A stretch of DNA of 41,817 bases from Flavobacteriales bacterium (GCA_038234235.1 JBBSUQ010000001.1:1-41817), one strand, 5' to 3'. Positions 1-9,855 are shown, numbered from the stretch's first letter. A program made the numbers and translations. The notes: generated by a model not told the origin, from the sequence alone.

Positions 1-1520
1 CCTGGAAAATTACTTTGGAGGTTAACAGGACTCTCGTCTGAACAAAATGACCCAGGGTTTTGAATTACAATTACTTGCGAAGAAACAACAGTAATTTGTA
101 TAACCGTATTAGAAGGACAAGGATTTACGAGTGAGTATGTTATATTATGAGTTCCTGGTCCAGCTGTTGAAGGGTCAAATATTCCATTTGTAGGATCTAT
201 AATTCCGTTTCCACTCCATGTACCACCAGCTATATCACTGTTTAATTGATAGGGTACATCAGACTCACAAGCATTTTGATTTCCTGAAAGTAAAGGTGTC
301 ACTGGAGCAAGAGGAGTATATAATTCAGAATCTTCCATGTTTCCACCACAAGCTCCGCCAGCGCCATTTCCAGTAAGTGTTAGTGTAAATACAGTTGGTA
401 CACTTGGACCAGGATTTAGTACTATATTTAATTGAGTTGTTGAATCAGCTATATAAAAATAAGGATTCGCCGTCCATAAGAAACCATTGGTAGTTGGCAT
501 GAGCGTTGCTGGAGTTACAGGCACAGTGTAAATTGATGCCGATGCTGGAGTGCATGAATTATCATTAATAGTTGAATTGATTCCCGTAGCACTGTAATTG
601 ACAGAAGTTGGTGAACCACATACAGAAATACCAGAAAATGTAATATTAGTTGATTGTAATGTCCCAACATCGGCCCCAATACAATCATAAATTTGCACCT
701 TCCAGCCTGGTTGGTTGGCGTCACAGCCATAAAGTGCTGTCCAATTTATAGGTGTTGCAGTAGCGCCATAAGTTCCAAATGTTCCGCTTAAAGGAACTGC
801 TGCTGTACAAATATTTAAATTAGATAAAGAAGAAGTAGAAAAGCACAAATTATTTATGTTATCGCCACTATTACATGTTGGTCCTTGACCAATACTTCCT
901 GGATTTGGAGACAATGCAATAACGGGACTGCCACAAGCGGCTGGACCTACTAAATAAAATCCTAAATCAGAAACAAAAGTATGAGTCGCTGTAAAACAAA
1001 CAGTGATTACTGTATTTATATCAATAATAAGAGGATCAGATGGAGGGTTGTAAATAGCAGTTGAAGTGCCATAATTTATAGTTCCGTTTAATGTTGGTCC
1101 TGAGCAAGAGGGCACAATTGGATCTACATCCACAAAAGGATCTGTGAGTACGTTTGAAATCCATGCTCTGTAACAACCTACAATTACACCTAAACCATCG
1201 GTTATTGTAACGCGGTATCCATTTGGTGACAAGTTAGTAATAGTAGAATTTGGAACGTTTGTAGCAGTACTTAAAGCAACCCAACTGTTGGTAGGTTGAT
1301 TGTATTGTTGCCAAACGAAGGTCCAACCTGCAACACCGCTTTCAGGTGTAGCGGTAAGCGTACCTGGAGTGGGCAGATTGTTACAATAAAAATAAATAGA
1401 GTCATTTGTGGCAGTGCTGGAATACGTAGTTAAGGCTGAGCCATCAGCATCTGGACAAGTTAATTGTGCGAAACCGTTTGTTGCAAGTAGAATTGCAGAA
1501 AATAATAGTAAATTTTTCAT
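1..1520 (-). CDS. Large secreted, Cys/Thr/Asn/Gly-rich cell-surface (adhesin-like) protein. Only the N-terminal 506 codons are in the window; the C-terminus lies beyond the left edge.
   Basis: ATG at 1520-1518. My own translation gives MKNLLLFSAILLATNGFAQ/LTCPDADG..., a signal peptide. I checked the frame codon by codon over 1-180 and 1381-1520 and found no stop. The ORF track omits it because no stop falls in the window. The start is 5 nt downstream of the stop of 1526-1897. Confidence 0.7.
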   Translation of the reverse strand, partial: MKNLLLFSAILLATNGFAQLTCPDADGSALTTYSSTATNDSIYFYCNNLPTPGTLTATPESGVAGWTFVWQQYNQPTNSWVALSTATNVPNSTITNLSPNGYRVTITDGLGVIVGCYRAWISNVLTDPFVDVDPIVPSCSGPTLNGTINYGTSTAIYNPPSDPLIIDINTVITVCFTATHTFVSDLGFYLVGPAACGSPVIALSPNPGSIGQGPTCNSGDNINNLCFSTSSLSNLNICTAAVPLSGTFGTYGATATPINWTALYGCDANQPGWKVQIYDCIGADVGTLQSTNITFSGISVCGSPTSVNYSATGINSTINDNSCTPASASIYTVPVTPATLMPTTNGFLWTANPYFYIADSTTQLNIVLNPGPSVPTVFTLTLTGNGAGGACGGNMEDSELYTPLAPVTPLLSGNQNACESDVPYQLNSDIAGGTWSGNGIIDPTNGIFDPSTAGPGTHNITYSLVNPCPSNTVIQITVVSSQVIVIQNPGSFCSDESPVNLQSNFP

Positions 1521-1525
1521 AGGAT

Positions 1526-1897
1526 TTAAGGTTGAAGTATTGAAAAATAAGATGCAAACTGGTCAAAATTCATAACCTGCATTCCATCTGCTGTAGAAAC
1601 ATTTAGGATTCCAATTCCTAAAATATGCCAAGCTTTTGATATACCGTAATAAGTTATTTCATTGCTGAATGTAAATTCTAAATGTGTGCCAGTAATTGAC
1701 AAGGTAATTTTTCCTACATTATCGGCCGCATATTCTTTTATTGACGACAAAAGCTGTTCGCTTGGAGGGTTGTTTAAATTAACGGCGAATGTTGAAATGC
1801 TTTCATTTGTCGCATAGTGATTTAAATCTGCATCTTGAGCCAATATTCCAAATTGGAGAATTAATGCAGTCAAGAGTAATAGTAACTTATTTTTCAT
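1526..1897 (-). CDS. Small secreted hypothetical protein (123 aa) with an N-terminal signal peptide
   Basis: ATG start. N-terminus MKNKLLLLLTALILQFGILAQ/D looks like a signal peptide. Its stop is 5 nt from the start of the downstream surface-protein gene, suggesting co-transcription. Confidence 0.55.
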   Translation of the reverse strand: MKNKLLLLLTALILQFGILAQDADLNHYATNESISTFAVNLNNPPSEQLLSSIKEYAADNVGKITLSITGTHLEFTFSNEITYYGISKAWHILGIGILNVSTADGMQVMNFDQFASYFSILQP

Positions 1898-2083
1898 AGT
1901 AGAATAAAATATTATTTTGTGTAAGACTATAAAATTAGACTTTTAGTTGCATGGATAAAAATTTATTTGATGAATGGTTTATAATTGATTTCAGAAATCA
2001 TTATTATAATTTAAAAAAGCGATAATCATTTGGATTTCTAGAGGTATTTTTTAGAAGGAAATAAATCAAAAGTACTTATTTAA

Positions 2084-2118
2084 AGAAAAAAATCCCGAAG
2101 AAATGGTATCATCGGGAT
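2084..2118 (-). terminator. Rho-independent terminator of the 2172-3803 gene
   Basis: On the minus strand, a 7-bp stem ATCCCGA/TCGGGAT (2092-2098 pairs with 2112-2118) is followed by TTTTTTTCT. The 13-nt loop is large. Confidence 0.55.
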
Positions 2119-2171
2119 TTATTAATTAATTGAAATTTTAAATTTTTAGATTCGTTTAATTCAATTCTATG

Positions 2172-3803
2172 TTATTTTTGAATAGAAATTTTACGAACAT
2201 CGGAATCACCAGTTTTTATCATATAAAAACCATTGTTGAGATCGTTTACATCGATTTTGTTTGAACCAATATTTATCGTTCCTTCTAAAATCAATAAACC
2301 GTTTAAACCATATATTGAATATTGTAAATTTGAACCAGAAGCATTAATAACTGTCAATTCTGTTGTAGCAGGATTCGGATACATTTTTATAAATGCGGCT
2401 TGTTCTTCATTTAATGATAATTGAACATTATCAATCGCATGAATTCCGTCGGTTAATACTTCAAAATCGGCACCTACAATATTCTGTCCATCAATAACTT
2501 GAATTGTATGATCGTTTAATTGCGGAATATATGGAACATCCATTATAATAGAATAACTTCCAGTGCTTATTTGGTTAAAAGTATATAATCCGTTTACATC
2601 GCTATAAGTAAAACCAACTACATCTCCATTACCATTGTCAATCAATTTCAACAAAGCATTTGCCAGAGGTTCAGTAACAGCTTTGTTATAACTTGTATCA
2701 ATTGTTACCATACCGCTAATTGTTCCTGATCCGTTTTGAACATTAAATGGCGATAAACTAATACCCGCACTGTCCAAAAAGCAAGGTAAAGCAACAGCGG
2801 TTGCCGTGCTCCAAGTATCGCCATTTGTATAATAAAAAGGTGCAGTGGTAGGAAATAGAATAGGATCAGGAGTAAATCTTACATGGTACAAGCCAGAAGG
2901 CAAACTATCTGCTAAATAAGAACCGTTTGTAACTGGAATAACCGCAATTGGTGTAGCCAAAATTGTATCCTGTAGAAAACTGAAGACATCAATTGTACCA
3001 GTTGCTAATTGTCCATTAATTGTCAAATCTCCATGGATATCATTGTATGTATCTTGCTCGTCTAAAAAAATAGCAGAATCATAAATGGCATCAGCAACAT
3101 CAGCAATTACAAGTTTAATATGGTAAGTAGAACCTATTTGAGCAAAAAACTTAGCTTCAAATGTAACTGTGTAACCATCAAATGCAAATGTGGCGGCATT
3201 TGGTCCTATAGAATTATTAAAATAATATTGAGAATTAACTGAAGGATTTACGGTATTTATTTCCACCAATGTAATTCCGTCAGGTAGCAAAGCCACATTT
3301 TGGCTCGGGTTTCCATTTTCAGAAACTAAAAACAAAAAGCGATCGGTATAGGCTGAAGGTGAATATTCAGGATATTCTTCGGAAGCTAAAATGTATTTAA
3401 ACTTTACAGAATCAGATACTTGTGGATTAAAATCAAATTCTACAACACAAGCATTAAAATTGACAGGAGTTTGCCCATTGGCTACACCATAATTATAAAT
3501 ATCAGTATCTTGTGGAAAACCGTTATCTGCGGATAAAAAATTAGTATTGGGCTGGTTGGCTTGAAATAAAACTCCTGTTGTCATGGCTAACCCGCTCGAA
3601 AGTCCAAAAGATTGTCCATTTTCAAATCTTCCGATTGATTGAGGATGTGCGGTTACCTGAACATTTGAAACACCCTCACACTGAACTCCAAAAATATTGG
3701 CAATCAAGGTTGGGTAATCATTTACGGGAGCAAAAGTCAAGGTTTGAGAAAAACTCAAAGAGCTTAAAAGCAAACCAGATAAAAGTAAAACTGTTTTTTT
3801 CAT
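2172..3803 (-). CDS. T9SS-secreted protein with a choice-of-anchor-L-like N-terminal domain and a Por/T9SS C-terminal sorting domain
   Basis: The real start is most likely the internal ATG at 3803 (MKKTVLLLSGLLLSSLSFSQ signal peptide), not the track start at 3944. Motifs ACVVEFDF, FKYILASEEYPEY and DRFLFLVS are typical of choice-of-anchor L. The C-terminus MYPNPATTELTV...NGFYMIKT...ISIQK is a T9SS CTD. Confidence 0.85.
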   Translation of the reverse strand: MKKTVLLLSGLLLSSLSFSQTLTFAPVNDYPTLIANIFGVQCEGVSNVQVTAHPQSIGRFENGQSFGLSSGLAMTTGVLFQANQPNTNFLSADNGFPQDTDIYNYGVANGQTPVNFNACVVEFDFNPQVSDSVKFKYILASEEYPEYSPSAYTDRFLFLVSENGNPSQNVALLPDGITLVEINTVNPSVNSQYYFNNSIGPNAATFAFDGYTVTFEAKFFAQIGSTYHIKLVIADVADAIYDSAIFLDEQDTYNDIHGDLTINGQLATGTIDVFSFLQDTILATPIAVIPVTNGSYLADSLPSGLYHVRFTPDPILFPTTAPFYYTNGDTWSTATAVALPCFLDSAGISLSPFNVQNGSGTISGMVTIDTSYNKAVTEPLANALLKLIDNGNGDVVGFTYSDVNGLYTFNQISTGSYSIIMDVPYIPQLNDHTIQVIDGQNIVGADFEVLTDGIHAIDNVQLSLNEEQAAFIKMYPNPATTELTVINASGSNLQYSIYGLNGLLILEGTINIGSNKIDVNDLNNGFYMIKTGDSDVRKISIQK

Positions 3804-4210
3804 AATAGTAAATAGTTTTTGTTTTTTATAGCAGACGTCGCTTTTTATATTTTGGTTGCGTCGAGGTTTTATAAAAATACAATTAGAACATTTGCTTATT
3901 ATCGATTTTAAAAAAAAATAAATTTCAAAATTGATGGAGGTCACTGTTTTTGAAAAATTAAAATTTCTGAACTTTATATTGGCTGTATCGATAAACTAAA
4001 AATATTATGTTCAAATCATTTATTTCATGGATATTAGATATTGACTTATAGTAAATTAACTTTACATCTAGTATTTTTTATTCAATTGAATTCAAATCAA
4101 ATCAAAGCAATTATGTTAAAAACTTATTTATGTGACTTCAGGTCAAATTCAATTACAGTAAAGGTTAAATTTTTTTGATTCTGGAGAATTGAAAATTAAG
4201 ATAATTACAC

Positions 4211-4432
4211 TTAATAAACCCACTCTTGGTGAACTTCTGAATGTCGGTGTGTGTCATTTTTTATTTCAATACTTGAGGTTTCTTTGTCATCATTTTCACC
4301 TTCAGTTGAATCATTTTCATAGCTTCCACCTTCCAAACGTTTCGCCTCGTTGTTGCCGTCATGATCGTTGCATCCTGTGGTTAACGCTAAAGCCATTAAC
4401 CCAGCAACTATATATATGTGTAACTTATTCAT
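4211..4432 (-). CDS. Small acidic lipoprotein (73 aa), hypothetical
   Basis: ATG start. Signal peptide with lipobox (LALTTG/C), followed by an Asp/Glu/Asn-rich mature part. Confidence 0.45.
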   Translation of the reverse strand: MNKLHIYIVAGLMALALTTGCNDHDGNNEAKRLEGGSYENDSTEGENDDKETSSIEIKNDTHRHSEVHQEWVY

Positions 4433-4657
4433 AATATTGTTTTTTAATTTATTAAGTACCTTTCACATGCTGTACCAAAGTATATTTTCGGGAGAAATTT
4501 TACTTATTCAATTTAATCTTAGGCTGTTATAAATATTATGCAACGCAAAAGCTAAGAGAAGATGAATTATTTTCGCGCACAATTGGGGCACACTGAGGAG
4601 ACATATACACATTTTTTTATTTTGGAAGGCATGAGTGACTTTAGAATAATGGTCGTT

Positions 4658-5143
4658 CTATGCTGAAAAATAAGTCATTGTTCCATTTCTAACTTCCAAA
4701 CAGTTTATTGTGACTTTTTCGAAATCGATTTTGTATTCAGATTTAAAATATAATAGAAGTTTGTCTAAATTTTTCAGCGCTTTGTTCATGTGAATGTCAT
4801 AAGTCATAAAAGCATGAGCATTTTCATGTTTAGTAGGTTGATCATGACACAAATATCTGGCTCTGCGGGAGAGATTCATTAATTTGACATAGGCGAGATA
4901 TTCTTCTGGAGATATTTTAGTTAATGACAATTGGTTTTCAGGATTAAGTGCAAATTTTACAGCAGAATGGGATCTATAATGCATATCTGATTTTCTTGCT
5001 ATGTGTGCATTCGCCAAATGAACTGCAACATAAAATATCGTTGTGACTTGCCAATCCCAATATTCATTACATTTTTCATTAATGTTTTTTAAAAAGGCTA
5101 AATTTCTCTTTGCTTGTGAGATGTGTTCTTCAAAAGTGGCCAC
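4658..5143 (-). CDS. HEPN-like domain protein (161 aa), a candidate toxin/RNase component
   Basis: GTG start 11 nt after the stop of 5155-5634. The layout resembles classical HEPN: an N-terminal AKRNLAFL helix, WQVTTIFYVAVHLANAHIA, a conserved His (YRSHS), and LSRRARYLCH, which contains an R-x5/6-H motif. This is a by-eye assignment only. Confidence 0.55.
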   Translation of the reverse strand: MATFEEHISQAKRNLAFLKNINEKCNEYWDWQVTTIFYVAVHLANAHIARKSDMHYRSHSAVKFALNPENQLSLTKISPEEYLAYVKLMNLSRRARYLCHDQPTKHENAHAFMTYDIHMNKALKNLDKLLLYFKSEYKIDFEKVTINCLEVRNGTMTYFSA

Positions 5144-5154
5144 TAATTTATCAG

Positions 5155-5634
5155 TTATTTCCCTAAAATATGATAGTGCGAAGGAACATTTAATTTATCT
5201 AATTCTTCAACAATTGTCGTGGATATGTGAAAACCATCATTGTGATATTTAGCATTTATTTTAGCTTCTGCCATAATTAGCTCATCTTCAGATTCTTCAT
5301 CATTATCTTTCAATTCCACCCATGCAAGAATTTTGGAATTACTCATGTCAAGTGCGAGTTTATTATATTTAATTCCTCTTGATTTGATTTCTTTCAAAAA
5401 ATCCACAATCATTTTCTCAATGAAATGCATTGTAGAAGCGACTCTTGTATGTCGAAGAACATCCGTCATATTCTCCGACATCATGGCCTTATAAAATGCT
5501 TTTGTCTCTTCGGATGCCAAATCTTCCGTTATTAAAAATTTATCCATTTCAATAGAGGAAATAAGTTCATTGAACCAGCTATTCATTTTTTCTGATTCAG
5601 TGCTTCCCGTTGAAGTTTTAAGATTTGCTTTCAT
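5155..5634 (-). CDS. Hypothetical protein (159 aa), upstream partner of the HEPN-like gene and a candidate antitoxin or regulator
   Basis: ATG start. No signal peptide. Contains an acidic stretch, KDNDEESEDE. I recognise no nucleotidyltransferase GS/DxD motif. The 11-nt gap to the downstream gene suggests an operon. Confidence 0.55.
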   Translation of the reverse strand: MKANLKTSTGSTESEKMNSWFNELISSIEMDKFLITEDLASEETKAFYKAMMSENMTDVLRHTRVASTMHFIEKMIVDFLKEIKSRGIKYNKLALDMSNSKILAWVELKDNDEESEDELIMAEAKINAKYHNDGFHISTTIVEELDKLNVPSHYHILGK

Positions 5635-5716
5635 TATGTAAACAACAATTTAAAACAGTAATTATTACTTTTAAGGATTGTCAAATTTTTGCAATAGAAT
5701 GATTACAATTTATTTG

Positions 5717-5724
5717 CAAACTTA
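5717..5724 (-). promoter_or_regulatory. Candidate Bacteroidota -7 box (TAAGTTTG) for the 5634-4658 cassette
   Basis: Matches TAnnTTTG on the minus strand, 83-90 nt upstream of the ATG at 5634. Confidence 0.3.
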
Positions 5725-5789
5725 ATCAAATTGTGCAATATCTAGAAAAATAAACAAATTACTACGATTCAAATCACTTTTAAACACAC

Positions 5790-7346
5790 CTAAACCCCAA
5801 CAGCAATAAACTTCTCTTTATAACGCACTCCTGAAATATTTTGGAGTTCTACTGGCGTGTCTTCTTTTTGGATGATTGTAATTTTGTAGCCTTTTTTTAT
5901 TAAATCCAAAACTTGAGATTTTAAAGGATAAAATGCATAAACCAAATCATCTTGGTAATACATCCAAGAATAAGAAGTAAAATTACCATCAGAATGTCCA
6001 AAGATGACAGATTTTGGAACTTTATTAGTCGTTGTAGCCATATAAGCTCTTAATTGTTTCTGATATTCTGTGTTCTTAAATTTGCCAGTGTCAAGTATGC
6101 GGTTATTGATGCCTCTGAAGTTTATCATCCAATTGCATAAAAGACTAATTACAAATACTTGTAAAGTGATTCTAACATATTTCCATTTTACTAATTCTAA
6201 GACTTTTGTGAAACCAATTGCAATGATTAATAATATACTTGCATAAGCCGGAATTGTAAATCCAATTAGTTTGGTTTGAGCCAATGTGAAAAAGAAATAC
6301 ACTATAAATATTACTGAAATAAGATACCACAATTTTATTTTGTTGTACATGAAAATTAAAGCAAAACCTAAAGAGATATAAAAGATGAGCAGAAAGTCAA
6401 AACGATTAAAAAAGGTATCTGACAAATAATCATAATAAGTCCAAATATTTCCCGAATGACCTTCAACGACATGCGTAAAATGTCTTGAATTGTAAAATAA
6501 TTCTTGTTTGGCAATATTCGGAAACCTGATTAAAGTATAAATTTGCCAAGGCAGAAAAACAACAAAACAAATGCCCAACGCATATAAATACTTTCCAATT
6601 CTTTGTTTAAATTCTTTGGTGAAAATGCCTTGTAAAACCCAAATTCCAAAAGGAAAAAAGACTAATAATCCAACGAGCCATTTGTTTAAGATTGCGCAGC
6701 CCGCAAAAAATCCTATCCAAAAAAGCCATTTTCGCGTAGGCGTATCAAGATATCGAAAGAATGCCCAAAGAGAAAAAGTAATGTAAGCGAAAAATGCCAA
6801 GTCGTTGTGATCCATTCCAATAATTCCGCCACTAACCATTAAAATATAGCCTGAATGCAAAAGTAGAAGTGCTGCAAAAATTCCGGTATTTCTGTTTAAG
6901 ATAAGTCTGCCAATATCATAAGTTGCTATCACGCTGAATGCAAATAATATTGCAGATGGAAGCCTAGCAGCAAACAAACTGTTGCCAAATATTTTTATAC
7001 TCACAGCCATTTGCCAGGTAAAAAGTGGTTGTTTGTGCAACCAAACGGCTGAATTTACCCAGTTTTGATCTGTACCTGGAAATAAATCTTCTTTAAAAAG
7101 TTGAGGTTTGAAAAAATTAAAGCCAGTATTTTTGGCTACAAGCGCGTGAAATTGTTCATCCCAAGGATTTAAATAATTAATGAAAGTTCCAAATAAAATT
7201 GACAATACCAATGCTGTAAAAAACAAGCTCCAAGAAAAATATTTAGATTTTCGAACAAAGAAAAATATAGTCAATCCAAACAAGAGTAGGTAACATATTG
7301 CTAATATGCATTGAGTAGAATTGAAACTTTCTAACAATAATTTCAT
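5790..7346 (-). CDS. Polytopic membrane glycosyltransferase, GT39/ArnT-like (PMT_2-type)
   Basis: 518 aa with many TM segments. N-terminal third contains ...NPWDEQFHALVA...LFAARLPSAILFAFSVIATYDIGRL..., typical of ArnT/dolichyl-phosphate-mannose transferase-like enzymes. Confidence 0.75.
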   Translation of the reverse strand: MKLLLESFNSTQCILAICYLLLFGLTIFFFVRKSKYFSWSLFFTALVLSILFGTFINYLNPWDEQFHALVAKNTGFNFFKPQLFKEDLFPGTDQNWVNSAVWLHKQPLFTWQMAVSIKIFGNSLFAARLPSAILFAFSVIATYDIGRLILNRNTGIFAALLLLHSGYILMVSGGIIGMDHNDLAFFAYITFSLWAFFRYLDTPTRKWLFWIGFFAGCAILNKWLVGLLVFFPFGIWVLQGIFTKEFKQRIGKYLYALGICFVVFLPWQIYTLIRFPNIAKQELFYNSRHFTHVVEGHSGNIWTYYDYLSDTFFNRFDFLLIFYISLGFALIFMYNKIKLWYLISVIFIVYFFFTLAQTKLIGFTIPAYASILLIIAIGFTKVLELVKWKYVRITLQVFVISLLCNWMINFRGINNRILDTGKFKNTEYQKQLRAYMATTTNKVPKSVIFGHSDGNFTSYSWMYYQDDLVYAFYPLKSQVLDLIKKGYKITIIQKEDTPVELQNISGVRYKEKFIAVGV

Positions 7347-7876
7347 TTACTAAATCTCTTGTAAATTTTTATCAATATCATTAATCCTACAGCCACTGCG
7401 AAAAAACCAATTACGCCTTTCCACCAGTTCATTTGACCTTTTGTAACAACTAAAAACACTATTGCAACCAAAACCAATGTCGCCAATTCATTCCAAATTC
7501 TAAGCGTTGTACTTTTCCAAGTAAAAATTCCTTTTTTCATTTGGGAAACTTTCAGCTGACAAACAAAATGATAAATCAACAATATAAAGACAAAACCCAA
7601 CTTAAAGTGCATCCATGGTTGGTGAAGTAAAAATGGATTTAATGTAAGCATCCATATACCAAATACCAGCGTAAAAATCATTGCAGGAGTTGTAATTATC
7701 CACCAAAGTTTCCCTTCCATCAATACAAATTGTTTGCTTAAGATTTCCTTCTCAATTTCTATTTTTTGTTGTGCTTCGGTATGGTAAATGAAGAGCCGAA
7801 CGATATAAAAAAGTCCGGCAAACCAACTTACCACAAAAATGATATGCAGAGATTTTACTAAATCATAAGTATTCAT
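7343..7876 (-). CDS. hemJ: Protoporphyrinogen IX oxidase HemJ (UPF0093/CopD-like)
   Basis: 177 aa, 4-5 TM segments. LHIIFVVSWFAGLFYIVRLFIYH and the later WW/HFKL region match the HemJ family. Overlaps the start of the downstream GT39-like gene by 4 nt. Confidence 0.8.
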   Translation of the reverse strand: MNTYDLVKSLHIIFVVSWFAGLFYIVRLFIYHTEAQQKIEIEKEILSKQFVLMEGKLWWIITTPAMIFTLVFGIWMLTLNPFLLHQPWMHFKLGFVFILLIYHFVCQLKVSQMKKGIFTWKSTTLRIWNELATLVLVAIVFLVVTKGQMNWWKGVIGFFAVAVGLMILIKIYKRFSK

Positions 7877-7955
7877 GTAGCAAAGTTATTTAAAATCCTG
7901 AATTAATGGAAATATGAAAAATCGCTACATATCAAACTGAGATAATATACAAATT

Positions 7956-9509
7956 TTAAATAGGTTCAGGAATATTAATAGTTTTTACAATCAATCGTTC
8001 ATTGTTTGGATTTTTATAATCAGAAATTAATTCTAGGACATCGTAATCAATGTTTTTGCAATTGCTTCCATCAATAAGAACGGTTGTTCCTTCTTTTAAA
8101 TTATTAAGTTTAGTTCGCAAACCACCTTTGTTCAAGAAACTCACTTCCTCAGAAAGCACAATTACTACTTCATTATCATCTTTTTTCACCACAAAATTAT
8201 TTTGAAAATTGTTTTTAAGAATAAAGAACAATGCCACGGCAGAACCAACGCCAATACCAATAAGTAAATCGGTAAATAATATGGTTATTATTGTAACAAT
8301 GAAAGGTAAAAATTGTGTAATACCCAGTTTTTTCATATCAATAAACAAGCCCACTTTCGTTAGTTTATAACCAATTACCATCAATATTGCTGCTAAAGAT
8401 GCTAAAGGAATTTTATTCAAAACAAAAGGTATACTCAGCGCGCTTATCAATAAAATAAATCCATGAATTATTGTTGAAGTTTTATTTTTTGCTCCCGCAT
8501 TTATATTGGCAGAAGAACGCACTATTACTTGAGTTATAGGCAAACCACCAACCAAACCAGCTAGCATGTTTCCAACACCTTGAGCTTTAAGTTCGCGGTT
8601 GGCAGGTGTGCCATGAACTGATTTACTTAATTTATCTGTGGCTTCTGCACTCAATAGTGTTTCTAAACTTCCAATAATTGCTATCGTAATGGCTACCACA
8701 TAAACTTGATAATTAGAAAGTGCGCTAAAATCTGGAAAGGTAAAAATATTGGGAAAATCTCCTAAACTCTTGGCAACTGGGAGGTTTACTAAGTGTTTTG
8801 GCTGTATAACTAGGTTGGGCACAAATAATTTGAAAATTTCATTCAATACAATTCCAAATACTACTACAATTAATGCACTTGGAATAAATTTAAACAGTTT
8901 GAATTTTTCTAGTTTGAGTCTTGTAAAAATTATAATGATAGTTAAAGAAGCCAAACCAACAATTACAGGACCTTTATCCATGTGAAAGAGAGAATAGCCC
9001 AATTCTGTAAAAGTATTTAAACCATCTTTTTGAGCGAAGTTTAAATCTCCCAAGAAATCTTTGTCATCTCCAATAAGATGCGGAATTTCTTTTAATATTA
9101 ATATGATGCCAATTGCTGCCAACATTCCTTTTATGACACTTGATGGAAAATAAGCACCAATGATTCCCGCTTTAAGAAAACCTGCTATTAGTTGAATAAT
9201 TCCTGAAAGAAAAACTGCAACCAAGAAAGCTTCAAAAGAACCCAAAGTAACTATAGCGGCTGCCACAATGGTGATTAAGCCTGCTGCCGGACCAGAAACT
9301 CCATATCTTGAACCACTTAAAAAACCGATGACAACTCCACCGATAATTCCTGAAATAATTCCAGAAAATATATTTGAATAGGTTGTGCCGTCTGCGAACA
9401 AAACATTTGTACTTACCAGGCCAACGCTTAGACACAATGGCAATGCCACTAAAAAAACTACCAAACCAGATGGCAATTGCGAACCGAAGTTCTTGAAAAA
9501 AGAATTCAT
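7956..9509 (-). CDS. SulP-family anion (sulfate) permease with a C-terminal STAS domain
   Basis: 517 aa, polytopic. Has SulP signature regions (GLVGGLPITQVIVRSSANINAGAKNK) and a soluble STAS-like tail of about 90 aa. Confidence 0.9.
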   Translation of the reverse strand: MNSFFKNFGSQLPSGLVVFLVALPLCLSVGLVSTNVLFADGTTYSNIFSGIISGIIGGVVIGFLSGSRYGVSGPAAGLITIVAAAIVTLGSFEAFLVAVFLSGIIQLIAGFLKAGIIGAYFPSSVIKGMLAAIGIILILKEIPHLIGDDKDFLGDLNFAQKDGLNTFTELGYSLFHMDKGPVIVGLASLTIIIIFTRLKLEKFKLFKFIPSALIVVVFGIVLNEIFKLFVPNLVIQPKHLVNLPVAKSLGDFPNIFTFPDFSALSNYQVYVVAITIAIIGSLETLLSAEATDKLSKSVHGTPANRELKAQGVGNMLAGLVGGLPITQVIVRSSANINAGAKNKTSTIIHGFILLISALSIPFVLNKIPLASLAAILMVIGYKLTKVGLFIDMKKLGITQFLPFIVTIITILFTDLLIGIGVGSAVALFFILKNNFQNNFVVKKDDNEVVIVLSEEVSFLNKGGLRTKLNNLKEGTTVLIDGSNCKNIDYDVLELISDYKNPNNERLIVKTINIPEPI

Positions 9510-9546
9510 TATTTTTTGAAATTTAAGATTTATAAAAAGTTTTAAT

Positions 9547-9855
9547 TTATAAACTTAAATCGGGAGGTGTGAAAAGGGGTGTAATTGAAATAGTTGCGTA
9601 AAAATGATCTAAATTTTTATCAATATTTTTAGATAACAAACAGTTTATTTTAAAAATATCTAGTGTAAGAAAATGATTGTGATCTAACTGCTTGAGCTTT
9701 TGTTCTTCTGGATTTTCATCTTTTGAATCTTCTTCACCGTCTTCACTTTGATTTTCATTCAATTCAGATTTAAATGTCATTTTTTTGGACTTAAAATAAG
9801 AGTTCGCCAGTTGGAAACCTAAACTTAAAATCAAAATGGAAATCAGTAATCTCAT
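9547..9855 (-). CDS. Small hypothetical protein (102 aa from the ATG), with an N-terminal hydrophobic segment and an acidic low-complexity region
   Basis: ATG at 9855 (the track start at 9864 is TTG). Lies between metH (22-nt gap) and the SulP gene (37-nt gap). No recognisable domain, so coding status is uncertain. Confidence 0.35.
   Translation of the reverse strand: MRLLISILILSLGFQLANSYFKSKKMTFKSELNENQSEDGEEDSKDENPEEQKLKQLDHNHFLTLDIFKINCLLSKNIDKNLDHFYATISITPLFTPPDLSL

Noticed and set aside
3804-3944. 47-codon N-terminal extension of the choice-of-anchor-L gene given in the ORF track
   Set aside because: The extension has no signal-peptide character. The internal ATG at 3803 is followed immediately by a canonical signal peptide.
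5155-5634. Calling the upstream cassette gene a minimal nucleotidyltransferase (MntA-like antitoxin)
   Set aside because: SRGIKYNKLALDMS only superficially resembles the GSxxRG...SDxD motif. The Gly-Ser and the second acidic residue are missing and the spacing is wrong. I left it as a hypothetical partner.
9232-9435. 67-aa same-strand ORF inside the SulP gene
   Set aside because: It is an alternative frame of a well-supported transporter gene, with an Arg/Trp/Phe-rich nonsense-like translation.
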